The position numbers and the translations under genes are program-made. Below are positions 1-10,505 of a stretch of 46,411 nucleotides of DNA, in pieces (position 1 is the stretch's first letter; each line of letters opens with the position of its first letter). Under the pieces are notes generated by a model that did not search any database, was not told where the DNA came from, and was given only the letters and a program-made list of their open reading frames with translations. Source of the stretch: Clostridiales bacterium (lineage in GTDB: Bacteria; Bacillota; Clostridia; Oscillospirales; UBA644); NCBI GenBank assembly GCA_016281805.1, contig JAEEJJ010000075.1, forward strand, positions 1 to 46,411, read 5' to 3'.

Positions 1-228
1 GATCTTCATATCTTCTTCCCGAACAAATATATATTGTGTGGCAGGGACAAGACCTTTGCTGACCGTCAACGGATCCTTATTTCGTTTTGAATATTCTATC
101 CATTCTTTTGGACTTTCAAATGTTTCGAGTCCGCCTGTGCCGTCCATAGAATCTTTGAAGTCAAGAAACTCTTTTCTGTAAAGACGTATCTGATTTTCAA
201 ATCGTTCAGTCGGTTCTATAAGCTCCAC
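1..228 (-). CDS. GNAT-family acetyltransferase, N-terminal part (runs off window)
   Basis: Hand translation from GTG at 228: MELIEPTERFENQIRLYRKEFLDFKDSMDGTGGL...LVPATQYIFVREEDMKI, open to window edge; GGGGAA RBS upstream; resembles predicted acetyltransferases of Firmicutes. Confidence 0.65.
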   Translation of the reverse strand, partial: MELIEPTERFENQIRLYRKEFLDFKDSMDGTGGLETFESPKEWIEYSKRNKDPLTVSKGLVPATQYIFVREEDMKI

Positions 229-273
229 AGTGTTTATTCCCCGTAAAATGTAATGAGCGAACAAATGATTATT

Positions 274-2550
274 TCATAAGCCGCATTTATAAACTTTGTC
301 TCCCGTATGAGAGATCTGCGTTCCGTCTGGAAGAACAACGTTTGCTGTTATGCCGTCAGCAGTGCAAACGTGTATATTCGCACCTCTGTTTGTGCGATCC
401 CAGCGAACAAAGATCTCGCCGGCAGGGGAGGAGTATGATGCCTGCGCATATGAAAGACCGTTGATAAATGCAGGCTTTATAGTAACGTGATCGTGTTTTA
501 TGCCGTCGGGATTATATTTCAGACCGGCAACGCATGAAATAAACCAGTTCTTGATATCGCAGAACATATGATGATTATGCGAAAACAGTCCGTCTTCCGG
601 CAGACCGAAAAATTCCGGTATTGTGGTTTCTCCGAATTCTATAAAAGCGCCGTACGACGGAAATTCCCTGCGTGTGATCATCTTCCATGCAAGGTCGCTT
701 TCACCTGCGTCGGAAAGCACGTGGAAAATAACACGCGCGCCAAGAATTCCGGTATCAAGGAAATCACCGTTATCGTGAATCATTTTTATGAGATGCTCTG
801 TAGCCTTTGCTTTTTCGTCTTCATCGAATATGCCGTAAAAAAGAGCCATAGCCTGACTTGTCTGGCAGTCTGTATCTGCAACACATAACTCTTTGTTGAT
901 CAGATTTTTGCGGACAGCTTCGCGTAATTCGGCGCCCAAATTCAACGCATAAGCCTTTTCGTTATCTTTTTTGAGAATATCAAATATAAAAGCTGCCATT
1001 TTTGCGCATGCAATGATAGTAACGCTGTCGGTAAACTTCAGTGTGGGTTTAACTTTGCCGCCTATCGGACACCAGTCGCCAAGGCCGTATGCAAGCAGCC
1101 CGTTTTCGTCTCTTTTTCCCGAGGCATATTTAAGATATTTGAAGATCGCGTCGGCATTTTCTGTAAGTATCTCTTTGTTTCCAGTATATCTGTATGTAAA
1201 ATACGGAATGAATATCAGCGCGGCGTCCCATGCGGGTCCGTTGCCCCATTGATAACCCCAACCTCCGGTCGGGATAATGCCGGGCAGCTGACCGTCTTCC
1301 TTTTGCGCCGCACGAATGTTTCTCAGCCATTCAATGTAGCTTGTTTCAACATTCATCGTCATCAGCATATGCTCCGACGAAAGCGCGGCATCACCCGTCC
1401 AGCCGTTCTTTTCTCTGTGCGGGCAGTCTGTCGGGAAATAATAGAAATTTGAGCGGTCCGAAGCATCGCACATTTCATAAAGCGTGTTGGCGGTCTCGTC
1501 GGAACAGCAGAATGTTCCTTTGACCTTTGCAGCTGAAGTGCAGACAATAAATGTAAGAAGATCTGTAGTGGCCTGAGCTTCGTCTATTCCTATCACCATA
1601 CAGTATCTGAAACCGTGATAAGTGAACGGCGGCTCGAAAATCTCTTCTCCGCCCTTGCAGATATATACATCGCGCTGAGAATATCCGTCGGGATAAAAAC
1701 TGATATTGTTATAATCCATTTCTCCGTCTGTCATCATCTCTGCGAACTGCAAAACAACGCGCTGTCCGGGTCTTCCGTTGATCTTAAGGCGTATTATACC
1801 GGCATTATTCTTGCCGAAATCATATAAGTAACCTTCTCTTCCGTCGTTTGCGTCTTCCGGATGCGACATTTTCTCAACGTCGCCTCTCGGCGTAAAATCG
1901 CGCATTTTACCGAAACGAACGGAGCTCGCTTTCAGCTCAACGCCTGTAGGCAGCACTGGATCAGCCTCGCATATGCGGAATTCGCCTTTCGGTGTAGCAC
2001 ATGTTTTTGCGTTTGCCCAGTTTGTATCGTCAAAATCAGGCATATTCCATCCGTCGATTTCATTTCGTGCATCGTATCGAACGCCTGCTCTCAGGTCGTC
2101 AAAATACAGCGGCGACGGCGCAGTCTTTACGGTCGTATCCGAAACTATCTGTGTTTTTCCGACATTCAGCAAAAATGCAAGCTTTGGCGCGGAACGGAAC
2201 GACGCTTTGTCAAAATCCCATATCACGCCGCCCGGAGCGTTCTGCATTCCGTTGCCAAGCTGAAATCCCAATACATTTTTTTCGTTCGTTTTTACATATT
2301 CCGACAGATCATAGTCATCAAAATATACTATATGATCCGTATTCGAAATATACGGCGCAATAAGACCTTTTGTTATTTCTTTTCCGTTGATCCATACGCG
2401 GTAAAAACCGAGTCCCGTAACACGCAGAGCACAGTCTGACGTATCGGGAATGAATTCTTTTCTGAAATAGGGGGACGGAACAAAGTTGTGGTATGTTGAA
2501 TATTCTTCTGTCGCGCATATAAACTGTTTAGGAAAATTCATAATATTCAT
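274..2550 (-). CDS. Alpha-L-rhamnosidase, GH78
   Basis: 758 aa; GH78 motifs PTDCPHREKNGWTGD, YDFGKN, FTYHGFRY, GLGDW, SHNHHMF; no signal peptide. Confidence 0.92.
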   Translation of the reverse strand: MNIMNFPKQFICATEEYSTYHNFVPSPYFRKEFIPDTSDCALRVTGLGFYRVWINGKEITKGLIAPYISNTDHIVYFDDYDLSEYVKTNEKNVLGFQLGNGMQNAPGGVIWDFDKASFRSAPKLAFLLNVGKTQIVSDTTVKTAPSPLYFDDLRAGVRYDARNEIDGWNMPDFDDTNWANAKTCATPKGEFRICEADPVLPTGVELKASSVRFGKMRDFTPRGDVEKMSHPEDANDGREGYLYDFGKNNAGIIRLKINGRPGQRVVLQFAEMMTDGEMDYNNISFYPDGYSQRDVYICKGGEEIFEPPFTYHGFRYCMVIGIDEAQATTDLLTFIVCTSAAKVKGTFCCSDETANTLYEMCDASDRSNFYYFPTDCPHREKNGWTGDAALSSEHMLMTMNVETSYIEWLRNIRAAQKEDGQLPGIIPTGGWGYQWGNGPAWDAALIFIPYFTYRYTGNKEILTENADAIFKYLKYASGKRDENGLLAYGLGDWCPIGGKVKPTLKFTDSVTIIACAKMAAFIFDILKKDNEKAYALNLGAELREAVRKNLINKELCVADTDCQTSQAMALFYGIFDEDEKAKATEHLIKMIHDNGDFLDTGILGARVIFHVLSDAGESDLAWKMITRREFPSYGAFIEFGETTIPEFFGLPEDGLFSHNHHMFCDIKNWFISCVAGLKYNPDGIKHDHVTIKPAFINGLSYAQASYSSPAGEIFVRWDRTNRGANIHVCTADGITANVVLPDGTQISHTGDKVYKCGL

Positions 2551-2591
2551 CCTTCTGAAATATAATATAAATTCGCGTGGTTTTCATCGAT

Positions 2592-2620
2592 ATTATAACT
2601 GAAATAACAAACAATGTCAA
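2592..2620 (-). promoter_or_regulatory. Sigma-A promoter of GH78 operon
   Basis: Minus strand TTGACA-17 nt-TATAAT. Confidence 0.8.
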
Positions 2621-2746
2621 CCCGTAAAAAATAAAAATTTCTGTCTTTTCAGCATAAAAAACAGTATGTCAATATGTTTTCGCATTGCCGGACCATTTTA
2701 AAAAATTTGTTTTTCGGTGAATTATGCTTCAATTTTGCGATATGAC

Positions 2747-2785
2747 GAAAATGGCGTCCCGCAAATTTCGCAGGGATGCCATTTC
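2747..2785. terminator. Terminator-like hairpin
   Basis: AAATGGCGTCCC...GGGATGCCATTT inverted repeat. Confidence 0.55.
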
Positions 2786-2836
2786 TTTATGATTATGATT
2801 TGCTTATTTGCCGATACTTCCTGTTTTCAGTCAAAC

Positions 2837-2873
2837 AAAAACCCGTCGGAAAAACTTTATCTCCGCGACGGGT
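2837..2873 (-). terminator. Intrinsic terminator of the permease pair
   Basis: ACCCGTCGGA...TCCGCGACGGGT stem with U tract on minus strand, just after stop at 2902. Confidence 0.65.
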
Positions 2874-2901
2874 CGATTTATGACAGATTTTTTTATACCG
2901 T

Positions 2902-3969
2902 CTATTTTACCTCATTGCTCAAATCCTTTTTTGCAAGAATTCGTAAAACGGGTATTATCCCGCAAATAACGGATATAAGCACAGCGATTATTATTACTAT
3001 TACAACTGTTTTTATAGGCAGCGTTGCAAAATACGCGAATTCGCTTTTTGCAAAGTCAGCGTTCGTGTTGAGCAAACGTATCGTTACAAACGAGATCGCC
3101 ACTCCTGTAAGCGCCGTAAGCGCATATTTTGATGCCACCGACGCTATTATACCCGCCGTGGGTACGCCTACCATTCTGTTTACCGCAACAACTCTTATGT
3201 TCCTTGAACTGTATCTTGCGGAAACTATGATAAGATTCAACGCAACAAGCACCGTTGCCCAGAAATACAGATGGCGTGAATAGTATTCAAACCCTCTTAT
3301 ATTGTTTTCATAATATATATTTTCAAATTCGATTTCTTCGTGATCCTTTTTGAAATTTTCAAGCTGTGACCATATAGCGTTGAAAACTTCGTCCGCGCGT
3401 CCGTAAAAATCGGAATCGATCATATATTTAGTAAATATTGTCTTGTCGTTATCGTAATATCCGCCCCAGTTAAATATAATTATCAGGTCAAGGTCGCTTG
3501 CAGTTTCAAGTCCCATTGTGCCTATAATTCTGAATTTATCCCCGTACGCCTCAACGTATTTTTCTCCGTTTTCCTCCAGAATTCCTTCAAGCACTTTGCT
3601 GCCTACAACGCATGTTTTTTCTTTTGATATTATCTCGTCGTCAGTAAAGAAATGACCGTCAAGCATATGAGGCTTCGGATAATTCCCCTTGCCGTATATG
3701 ACCCTGTGCGTCATTGTGCTCGGACCTGCCTGCACGTCGTTTACAGTGTCATACAAAACGAAATCCGATCCGAGCGATTCCGTATCTATTCTGAAGCCTG
3801 TTCTCTTTGCATTTATCATTATCTTTCTGCTGTCCGAACCGTAAAAACCGTTATAGTATCGGTTGTTTGTTCTGCTCAGATCAAGCTGATTTACAAGAAT
3901 AACTATTATAAATGTTAAAAATGAGTATATTATAACATTCAGAATATTTTCAAGACGGAATATCTTCAT
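2902..3969 (-). CDS. ABC transporter permease, FtsX/MacB-like
   Basis: N-terminal TM, extracellular domain with GHFFTDDE..CVVG motif, three C-terminal TMs with RMVG loop. Confidence 0.75.
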   Translation of the reverse strand: MKIFRLENILNVIIYSFLTFIIVILVNQLDLSRTNNRYYNGFYGSDSRKIMINAKRTGFRIDTESLGSDFVLYDTVNDVQAGPSTMTHRVIYGKGNYPKPHMLDGHFFTDDEIISKEKTCVVGSKVLEGILEENGEKYVEAYGDKFRIIGTMGLETASDLDLIIIFNWGGYYDNDKTIFTKYMIDSDFYGRADEVFNAIWSQLENFKKDHEEIEFENIYYENNIRGFEYYSRHLYFWATVLVALNLIIVSARYSSRNIRVVAVNRMVGVPTAGIIASVASKYALTALTGVAISFVTIRLLNTNADFAKSEFAYFATLPIKTVVIVIIIAVLISVICGIIPVLRILAKKDLSNEVK

Positions 3970-3973
3970 CTTT

Positions 3974-5410
3974 TCACTCCTTATCTTTAATGGATGCAGA
4001 AATATCCGTTGCCGATGCGTATATTCTTGATATAATATATGTCAGCGCAAGTATAATAATATTCATCACGGCAATTACTGTATATATTTTCCCCGTATTG
4101 AAAAAATATATCATACTGTCACCGTTCAAAAAAAGTCCCGTCGCATGAAGAATATACGGATAGTGAATAAGAACGTCCGATACTATAAGCAATATAAACA
4201 TCTGAACCGTCGTCATAAGAGCAACATTGTTTTTTGTTGCGCCCACGAGTCTGTGTATCGAATAATCTTTTTCGTTTGCTATATTAAGCATAAGTATAAG
4301 TATGCCCAAACCGAAAGCGCAAAGAATCCCCACAAGCAAAGCTACATGCAGATATGTTTCCGTTCTTTCTTTTTCAAGTGATGCCGTTATTTTGGCGTAG
4401 GAATCGCAACGTGCAATGGAATAAAAGGCATCCAGTCCCGAGTCCTTAAGAGCATTATTAATTTCTTCAACTATCCGAGCTTCATCTGTTCTGTTGATAT
4501 ACAATTTAGAAGATGGGAGAAGCATCAATTTGTTGAATGCAGCGTAAATATATGCATTATCATTGTTCTTCAGGTCAGGGAAATTGTTTGGAGATGGATC
4601 TTTAACTGCCCGTATAATGCTTGTTGAAAAGTTTAACAGACTATTTCCGTTTGAAGAAGTGGTTACATTTGATTTATCAAGAATTCCTACAACAATTCCG
4701 TTGCTAAAAGTAGGCATATCCACTATTCGCATAGTAATGTCATTTGGGTCATAATGTTTTAGTCTGTCTTTAACCGTAACAATATCCCCCAATGAAAATT
4801 GATTTCGTAAATTATATCCGACAAGAACAGGAACAACCTGTATGCCGTTTTCATCAACATAAAAATCATCTTCTTTCGGCAGTCTGCCTTTCAGCAGAGT
4901 CAAGTTTTCAATATTAAAAAAAATCATAGTAACGGCATAATCTATTGTGTTATCAGGAACATAGTGTCCATCATAAGCATCATGCTGACCTACCGAAAGA
5001 AAAGATCCTTGTTTTATGGTATAATAAAAAACGCCTTGCAACGAATTTAGATTTTCCAGGAAATCCCAAACTTTATCTGCATTTTCAAGATATTTGCGAT
5101 TAATCTCAGGATTTTTTGATAACGGATAGAATAAAAAAGTTTCTTCTTCGGGAATATATTTGCCGCTAACAATATCATATCTTTGACCAAGCCTGAGAGA
5201 TGATTCTTTATCTATCAAAAAACGGTATTGTGATAACTCTACAAATGCCTCCTGTTCCAGAACAACTTCTGTTGTAATGTCCCTTATCTGGATCTGAAGT
5301 GTAACAATCCCCAGAAAAGTCATAATCGAAACTATCATAACCACTATCGCCGCATTGAGCAGAAAATTAGTTCTGATATTTTTCAGGGCTTCCGTCAGAC
5401 AGACAAACAT
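3974..5410 (-). CDS. ABC transporter permease, FtsX/MacB-like
   Basis: Start moved to ATG 5410 (AAGGAGG RBS); LLKGRLP..VPVLVGY..GD and IHRLVGAT motifs; 1+3 TM topology. Confidence 0.75.
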   Translation of the reverse strand: MFVCLTEALKNIRTNFLLNAAIVVMIVSIMTFLGIVTLQIQIRDITTEVVLEQEAFVELSQYRFLIDKESSLRLGQRYDIVSGKYIPEEETFLFYPLSKNPEINRKYLENADKVWDFLENLNSLQGVFYYTIKQGSFLSVGQHDAYDGHYVPDNTIDYAVTMIFFNIENLTLLKGRLPKEDDFYVDENGIQVVPVLVGYNLRNQFSLGDIVTVKDRLKHYDPNDITMRIVDMPTFSNGIVVGILDKSNVTTSSNGNSLLNFSTSIIRAVKDPSPNNFPDLKNNDNAYIYAAFNKLMLLPSSKLYINRTDEARIVEEINNALKDSGLDAFYSIARCDSYAKITASLEKERTETYLHVALLVGILCAFGLGILILMLNIANEKDYSIHRLVGATKNNVALMTTVQMFILLIVSDVLIHYPYILHATGLFLNGDSMIYFFNTGKIYTVIAVMNIIILALTYIISRIYASATDISASIKDKE

Positions 5411-5790
5411 TTTCGGCACCTCCTTAAACATTATTAAGCAAACAGAAGTTAATATATAACTGTAATAAATCAAAAAAAAAGTCAATCATTATTTTGCGTG
5501 AAACTGCCGCAAGAGGTAAACATTGTGAGGACTGCAAAAAGAAATATTATCGTGATAAATTTTTTCATTCTGTTCAGCTCCTATACCAATAAACTTAAGG
5601 CCCGTTTTTATCTCTCATTTGATAATAATATACTATAATTTTTTAATTTTTGCAAATAATATGTAACAGCAATATGAACTATTGTTTTGTATCCTCTATA
5701 GTATAACGCTGCAGGCACTCTTGACGAAGAAGCCGTCAAAAACACGTTGAAAAATACCGTTAACTTGCTTCGAAAAGAATAATAATAATC

Positions 5791-5836
5791 AAAAAACCGG
5801 CAGGGTATTTTCGCCCGAGCCGGATTTTCGTTTTTT
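5791..5836. terminator. Terminator-like hairpin
   Basis: CCGGCAGGG...CCCGAGCCGG flanked by A and T runs. Confidence 0.5.
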
Positions 5837-5862
5837 CCGGGATAGAAATTGAAATGAACAGC

Positions 5863-5891
5863 TTGACAATTCAGATCCCGTGCGTTATAAT
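5863..5891 (+). promoter_or_regulatory. Sigma-A promoter of ldh
   Basis: TTGACA-17 nt-TATAAT. Confidence 0.8.
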
Positions 5892-5951
5892 ATATAACAA
5901 TATAAAGCATATTATTAGTATGTAATACTGAAACAAGATGGGGCGAATGCT

Positions 5952-6989
5952 ATGATCAATGTGGCTTTTTTTGACGCAAAAGAGTATGATAAAGCATCTT
6001 TCGAAAAATATCAGGATCAGCACGGATTACAATTCCGTTTTTTTGAAACGAGATTAAGTGAAGATACAGTATCTCTGGCAAAAGGCAGCGATGTCGTGTG
6101 CGTATTTGTGAATGATTCCGTAAACGCAAATGTCATCAGCACACTTTATGAATACGGCGTCAAAATGGTGGCGCTCCGTTCCGCAGGATATAACAATGTC
6201 GATATCCGTGCGGCGTTCGGCAAAGTTCACGTCGTTCATGTTCCGGCTTATTCACCTTATGCCGTCGCTGAACATGCTATCGCTTTACTGCTTACTTCCG
6301 TTCGCCGTATACATAAAGCCTATAACCGCACAAGAGAGTTTAATTTTTCATTAAGCGGACTGACGGGGTTTGATATTCACGGAAAAACCGTCGGAGTGAT
6401 CGGTACGGGCAAGATAGGAAAGATCTTTATCAACATCTGCCGGGGTTTCGGTATGAATGTTATAGCCTATGACGCTTTTCCGGCACAAAACAGCGATATA
6501 GAATATGTATCTCTCAACGAACTCTTCAAAAAAAGCGATATTATCTCTCTGCACTGTCCTTTGACGGACGAAACGCGTCATATGATCGATGAAAACGCCA
6601 TCCGACAAATGAAAAAGGGCGTAGTGATCATCAATACATCAAGAGGCGCGCTTATAGACTCCGAAGCTCTTCTCAACGGTATCAAAGAGCGTAAAATCGG
6701 GGCAGCCTGTCTTGATGTTTATGAGGAAGAGGCGGATATTTTCTTTGAAGACAGATCAGGTCATATTATGAACGACGATCTTCTGTCACGCCTTATCTCG
6801 ATGCCCAATGTGATCGTTACATCACACCAGGCATTTCTTACAAAAGAAGCTCTGGACAATATTGCCGAAACTACGGTAAATAATATTCTGTCTTATTTTT
6901 CCGGCAACGGTATATGTGATAACGAACTCTGTTATCGCTGCGGCAATATAGAAAAGTGTAAAAAAGAGCGAAAAGAAAAGTGCTTCTGA
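5952..6989 (+). CDS. ldhA: D-lactate dehydrogenase / D-2-hydroxyacid dehydrogenase
   Basis: GVIGTGKIG Rossmann motif, INTSRG, LDVYEEE, TSHQAF, VPAYSPYAVAEH. Confidence 0.88.
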   Translation: MINVAFFDAKEYDKASFEKYQDQHGLQFRFFETRLSEDTVSLAKGSDVVCVFVNDSVNANVISTLYEYGVKMVALRSAGYNNVDIRAAFGKVHVVHVPAYSPYAVAEHAIALLLTSVRRIHKAYNRTREFNFSLSGLTGFDIHGKTVGVIGTGKIGKIFINICRGFGMNVIAYDAFPAQNSDIEYVSLNELFKKSDIISLHCPLTDETRHMIDENAIRQMKKGVVIINTSRGALIDSEALLNGIKERKIGAACLDVYEEEADIFFEDRSGHIMNDDLLSRLISMPNVIVTSHQAFLTKEALDNIAETTVNNILSYFSGNGICDNELCYRCGNIEKCKKERKEKCF

Positions 6990-7046
6990 TAATTATTTGA
7001 AAAAATATTAAAAAACATCTGTGCAATGCACAGAAGGGAGACCAAT

Positions 7047-10000
7047 ATGAAAAAAATCGTTTCATTGCTTTTGGCTGCAGTGTTTATATTGTCACTTGCA
7101 TCCTGCAGTATAACATACGCTGACAAAACCGTCCTTAAGGTGGGCGGCAAAATCGAAGGCTTTATTGTAAAAGAAGTCCGCGATTTTCCGCTTGTAGGCG
7201 CTGTTATATACCTTATGGAACACGAGAAAACAGGCGCTGAACTTGTTTATATCGCAAATAACGACACGAACCGCGTGTTTGATCTGACCTTTTTTACCAG
7301 AGCTGTAGATAACACCGGCCTTCCGCATGTTTTCGAGCATTCCACGCTTGACGGAAGCGAAAAATACCCTTCAAAAGCTCTGTTTTTCAATCTGTCATAT
7401 CAAACTTACAACACTTATATGAATGCAATGACTGCTCCTCTGTATACAACTTATCCCGTTGCAAGCCTTTCTGAAGAGCAGCTTTTGAAATATGCCGATT
7501 TTTATACAGACAGCTGTCTTCATCCTCTGATCCTCGAAGACGAAAGCATTTTCAGAGAGGAAGCCTGGCGTTATCGCCTTGCCGATAAAGAGAGCGACCT
7601 TACTATCGAAGGAACTGTATACTCTGAAATGCTAGGCGCAGTCGATATCAATTCCGAGGCGTACCGCAATTTCCTTAAAACCGCATTCCCGGGTTCCACG
7701 ATAGGCAATGTTTCCGGCGGCGACCCGGCATTTATCCCTGATATGACGTGGGAGAGTCTTCGCAGCTATCATGACCTTTACTATCACCCGTCAAACTGCT
7801 GCGCATTTCTTTACGGCGAATTTGAAGACTATACCGCTTTTCTCAAACTCCTAAATGAGGCATTCTCTCCTTACGAAAAACGCGAATTCAATTTTGAAGA
7901 TAAAGATTATACCGCGCTCACATCCGATGCGGAAGGCTCATATAAATTTCCGGCTGATTCAAGAGCGGTTACCGATAATTCAAGCATAATCTATTATTCG
8001 ATCATGTGCCCGGGTCTGAAAGACGATCCTGACGAGGAAATGATTTACAACACGCTTACGGATCTTCTTAATGCAAGCGGTTCTGTGCTTATGCAGAATC
8101 TCAAACGTGCCCTTCCCAGAGGCAGCTTCGGCACTTACATAGACCTTGACGGACCCGAAGACATGATAGTCTTTGCCGCGGTGAACGTCAATGAGGAAGA
8201 TGCCGAAACCTTCAGAAATACAGTTGATTCTTCTCTTTCCGATATCGCAAAAACAGGCTTCTCTGATGAACTTGTAGATTCTGTTATGAATTCTGTCGCA
8301 ATGAGCGTAAGACTTACCGGTGAAAGCAGCGATATCGGTGTCGATCTTATCGATATGTTCGCAAGCTTCTACGCTTCCCGAGGCAACATTTTCGGATATG
8401 CTGATTATGTTGATGCCATGGAAAAGTTTGAAGAATGGAATAATGAAGGACTTTTCGCAAAAGCTGTTTCAGACCGCCTTCTGAATGCGGATATTACTGT
8501 TCTTGCAACTACTTCACCCGATCCCGGAGCGCGCGAAAAGCTTGATGCAAAAGAAAAAGAACGCCTTGCTTCTGTTAAAGCTGCGATGAGTGAAGATGAA
8601 CTACAGTCTATTATCGACGCAACAAACAGCGAGGCAGAAGATGAAGATGCGTCTTCATATGTCAGAGAACTTCAGGCAGTAACTGTCGCTTCTCTTCCCG
8701 AAGAGATACGTGAATATGAAGTTACCGAAAAAACAGGCGAGGACGGAGTCAGGTATATCGATGCCGTTGCCGATGTCGACGGTGCAGGCAGTATCGTTCT
8801 TTTGCTTGACGCATCAGCGTTGCCGCAAAAAGATATTTTATGGTTCCACCTTTATATGGATCTTCTCGGTGAGCTCGATACTTCAAAACATGACCGTGAC
8901 GAGCTTGCACTTCTTACCGGAAGATATCTTTACAACGGCGAAATTCGTATGTCTTTGACCGTTGATGCGGAAAGCGGGATCGTGACACCTCGTCTTCGAG
9001 CAGGGTGGATATCCGCAGATGAAGATCTCGAAAAAGGATATGATCTTATTCACGAACTCCTTTACGAAACTGAATTTGACGATGTCGAAACTATCGAAAG
9101 TCTTATAGGACGAAATAAAGATTCTCTGAAAAACAGTATAAACGCCGAACCTTACAGCACAATGCTTTACAGAACTATCGGTAGAAACGATGAATTATAC
9201 GGTTATTACAGCTATTTTAACGGTATCAGTTACTATCAGTTCCTTGAAGAAACGGAAAAGCTTGTTCAGGAAACGCCCGGTGTCGTAAAGCTTAAACTTG
9301 AAGGAATAAGAAACTTCTTTAACAACCGCGCCGGAGCCGCCGCGATTTTTGCCGGAAATGCGGAAAGTATAGAGGCTAACTCAAAATACTCTTCCGAGTT
9401 TTTCTCAAAACTTGAAGAAAGGTCCGTAAAACGTTCAACATTCAGCCTTCCCACGCAGAGCGGATTTGAAGCGCTCATAGTTGATTCAAACGTTCAGTTC
9501 AACGGCGTTGTGGCAGATTATTCAACGCTTGGTATGGAAGAATACAGCGGCTATCTCGATGCTGTTTCAAGCATAGTCAGCGATAAGTACCTTTATCCTA
9601 TGCTGCGAGACCAATATGGCGCTTACGGCGTTATGACCGGCTTTATCGAAGACTACGGAGCATATATCGTTTCATACCGTGACCCGAACATCGTTGAAAC
9701 ATTTGAAGTATATGAAAAACTGCCCGACTTCCTTTCTTCTCTTGAGCTCAGTCAGGAAGAGCTTGACGGATACATACTCTCCGCATATTCATATTACGCG
9801 AAGAGCGAGGGTGAACTGAGCGGTGCCGTAAATGCCGCATTTGACAAACTGCTGCACAGCGATTCCTCCGTTATTCTTGATTATATGCGCGATCTTAAGA
9901 GCATAACCGTTGAAAAACTGCAGGATTTTGCTGATGTTTACGCAAAACTTGTAAAGGAAGGCACACGTTTTACCGCCGGCAGCGCTTCAGCGATCAACGC

Positions 10001-10442
10001 AAATGAAGATCTGTTTGACAGCGTGCTTACTCCTTTTGCGGGCGATCAGGTCGATCTTGAAGATGTAAAAGAGGAAATGCCATTTTATGAAGCAGTATCT
10101 TTTGTTATCGATTACGGTCTGATGTATCCCGCAAGCAAAACCGTGTTTGGAGTTGATGATACTGCAACCGCAGGAGATGCTGCGATAGCCCTTTATGCTC
10201 TCGGTATTGAGGATACAAAAGATGCGGCTCTCGCCCTCAGCGAAATTTCTGCTTACGGCATAATCCCGTCGAGCGTTCTCGTTGACGATCCTCTTACCGG
10301 CGCCGCTTTCGAGGATTATCTTGCCGCTTTCAGTGCTCTTGTCGGAGTTCCTTACGAAAAGAGCGGAGCGGAAGATACTGTTATAACAAGAGGCGAGCTG
10401 GCGGAAATGATCATGGATTATACTTTGCCTTTGCTTGGATAG
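7047..10442 (+). CDS. Lipoprotein M16C (presequence protease-like) zinc peptidase with C-terminal SLH-like domain
   Basis: Start at ATG 7047 (AAGGGAG RBS); lipobox LSLASC; inverted zincin HVFEH; GTVYSEM, YHPSN, GAYG, SYRDPN; tail EDVKEEMPFYEAV..FGVDDTAT..ITRGELAEMI. Confidence 0.85.
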   Translation: MKKIVSLLLAAVFILSLASCSITYADKTVLKVGGKIEGFIVKEVRDFPLVGAVIYLMEHEKTGAELVYIANNDTNRVFDLTFFTRAVDNTGLPHVFEHSTLDGSEKYPSKALFFNLSYQTYNTYMNAMTAPLYTTYPVASLSEEQLLKYADFYTDSCLHPLILEDESIFREEAWRYRLADKESDLTIEGTVYSEMLGAVDINSEAYRNFLKTAFPGSTIGNVSGGDPAFIPDMTWESLRSYHDLYYHPSNCCAFLYGEFEDYTAFLKLLNEAFSPYEKREFNFEDKDYTALTSDAEGSYKFPADSRAVTDNSSIIYYSIMCPGLKDDPDEEMIYNTLTDLLNASGSVLMQNLKRALPRGSFGTYIDLDGPEDMIVFAAVNVNEEDAETFRNTVDSSLSDIAKTGFSDELVDSVMNSVAMSVRLTGESSDIGVDLIDMFASFYASRGNIFGYADYVDAMEKFEEWNNEGLFAKAVSDRLLNADITVLATTSPDPGAREKLDAKEKERLASVKAAMSEDELQSIIDATNSEAEDEDASSYVRELQAVTVASLPEEIREYEVTEKTGEDGVRYIDAVADVDGAGSIVLLLDASALPQKDILWFHLYMDLLGELDTSKHDRDELALLTGRYLYNGEIRMSLTVDAESGIVTPRLRAGWISADEDLEKGYDLIHELLYETEFDDVETIESLIGRNKDSLKNSINAEPYSTMLYRTIGRNDELYGYYSYFNGISYYQFLEETEKLVQETPGVVKLKLEGIRNFFNNRAGAAAIFAGNAESIEANSKYSSEFFSKLEERSVKRSTFSLPTQSGFEALIVDSNVQFNGVVADYSTLGMEEYSGYLDAVSSIVSDKYLYPMLRDQYGAYGVMTGFIEDYGAYIVSYRDPNIVETFEVYEKLPDFLSSLELSQEELDGYILSAYSYYAKSEGELSGAVNAAFDKLLHSDSSVILDYMRDLKSITVEKLQDFADVYAKLVKEGTRFTAGSASAINANEDLFDSVLTPFAGDQVDLEDVKEEMPFYEAVSFVIDYGLMYPASKTVFGVDDTATAGDAAIALYALGIEDTKDAALALSEISAYGIIPSSVLVDDPLTGAAFEDYLAAFSALVGVPYEKSGAEDTVITRGELAEMIMDYTLPLLG

Positions 10443-10505
10443 TGAGTTTATCCCACAAAATACTTTCTCGTATTTCTCGTTCCGGTAATAAATTGAAAAA
10501 AACTG

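Noticed and set aside
2717-3283. 188-aa plus-strand ORF
   Set aside because: Shadow of the permease 3' end and its terminators
5608-5910. 100-aa minus-strand ORF
   Set aside because: Runs through the ldh promoter and a terminator hairpin; no RBS or protein-like features
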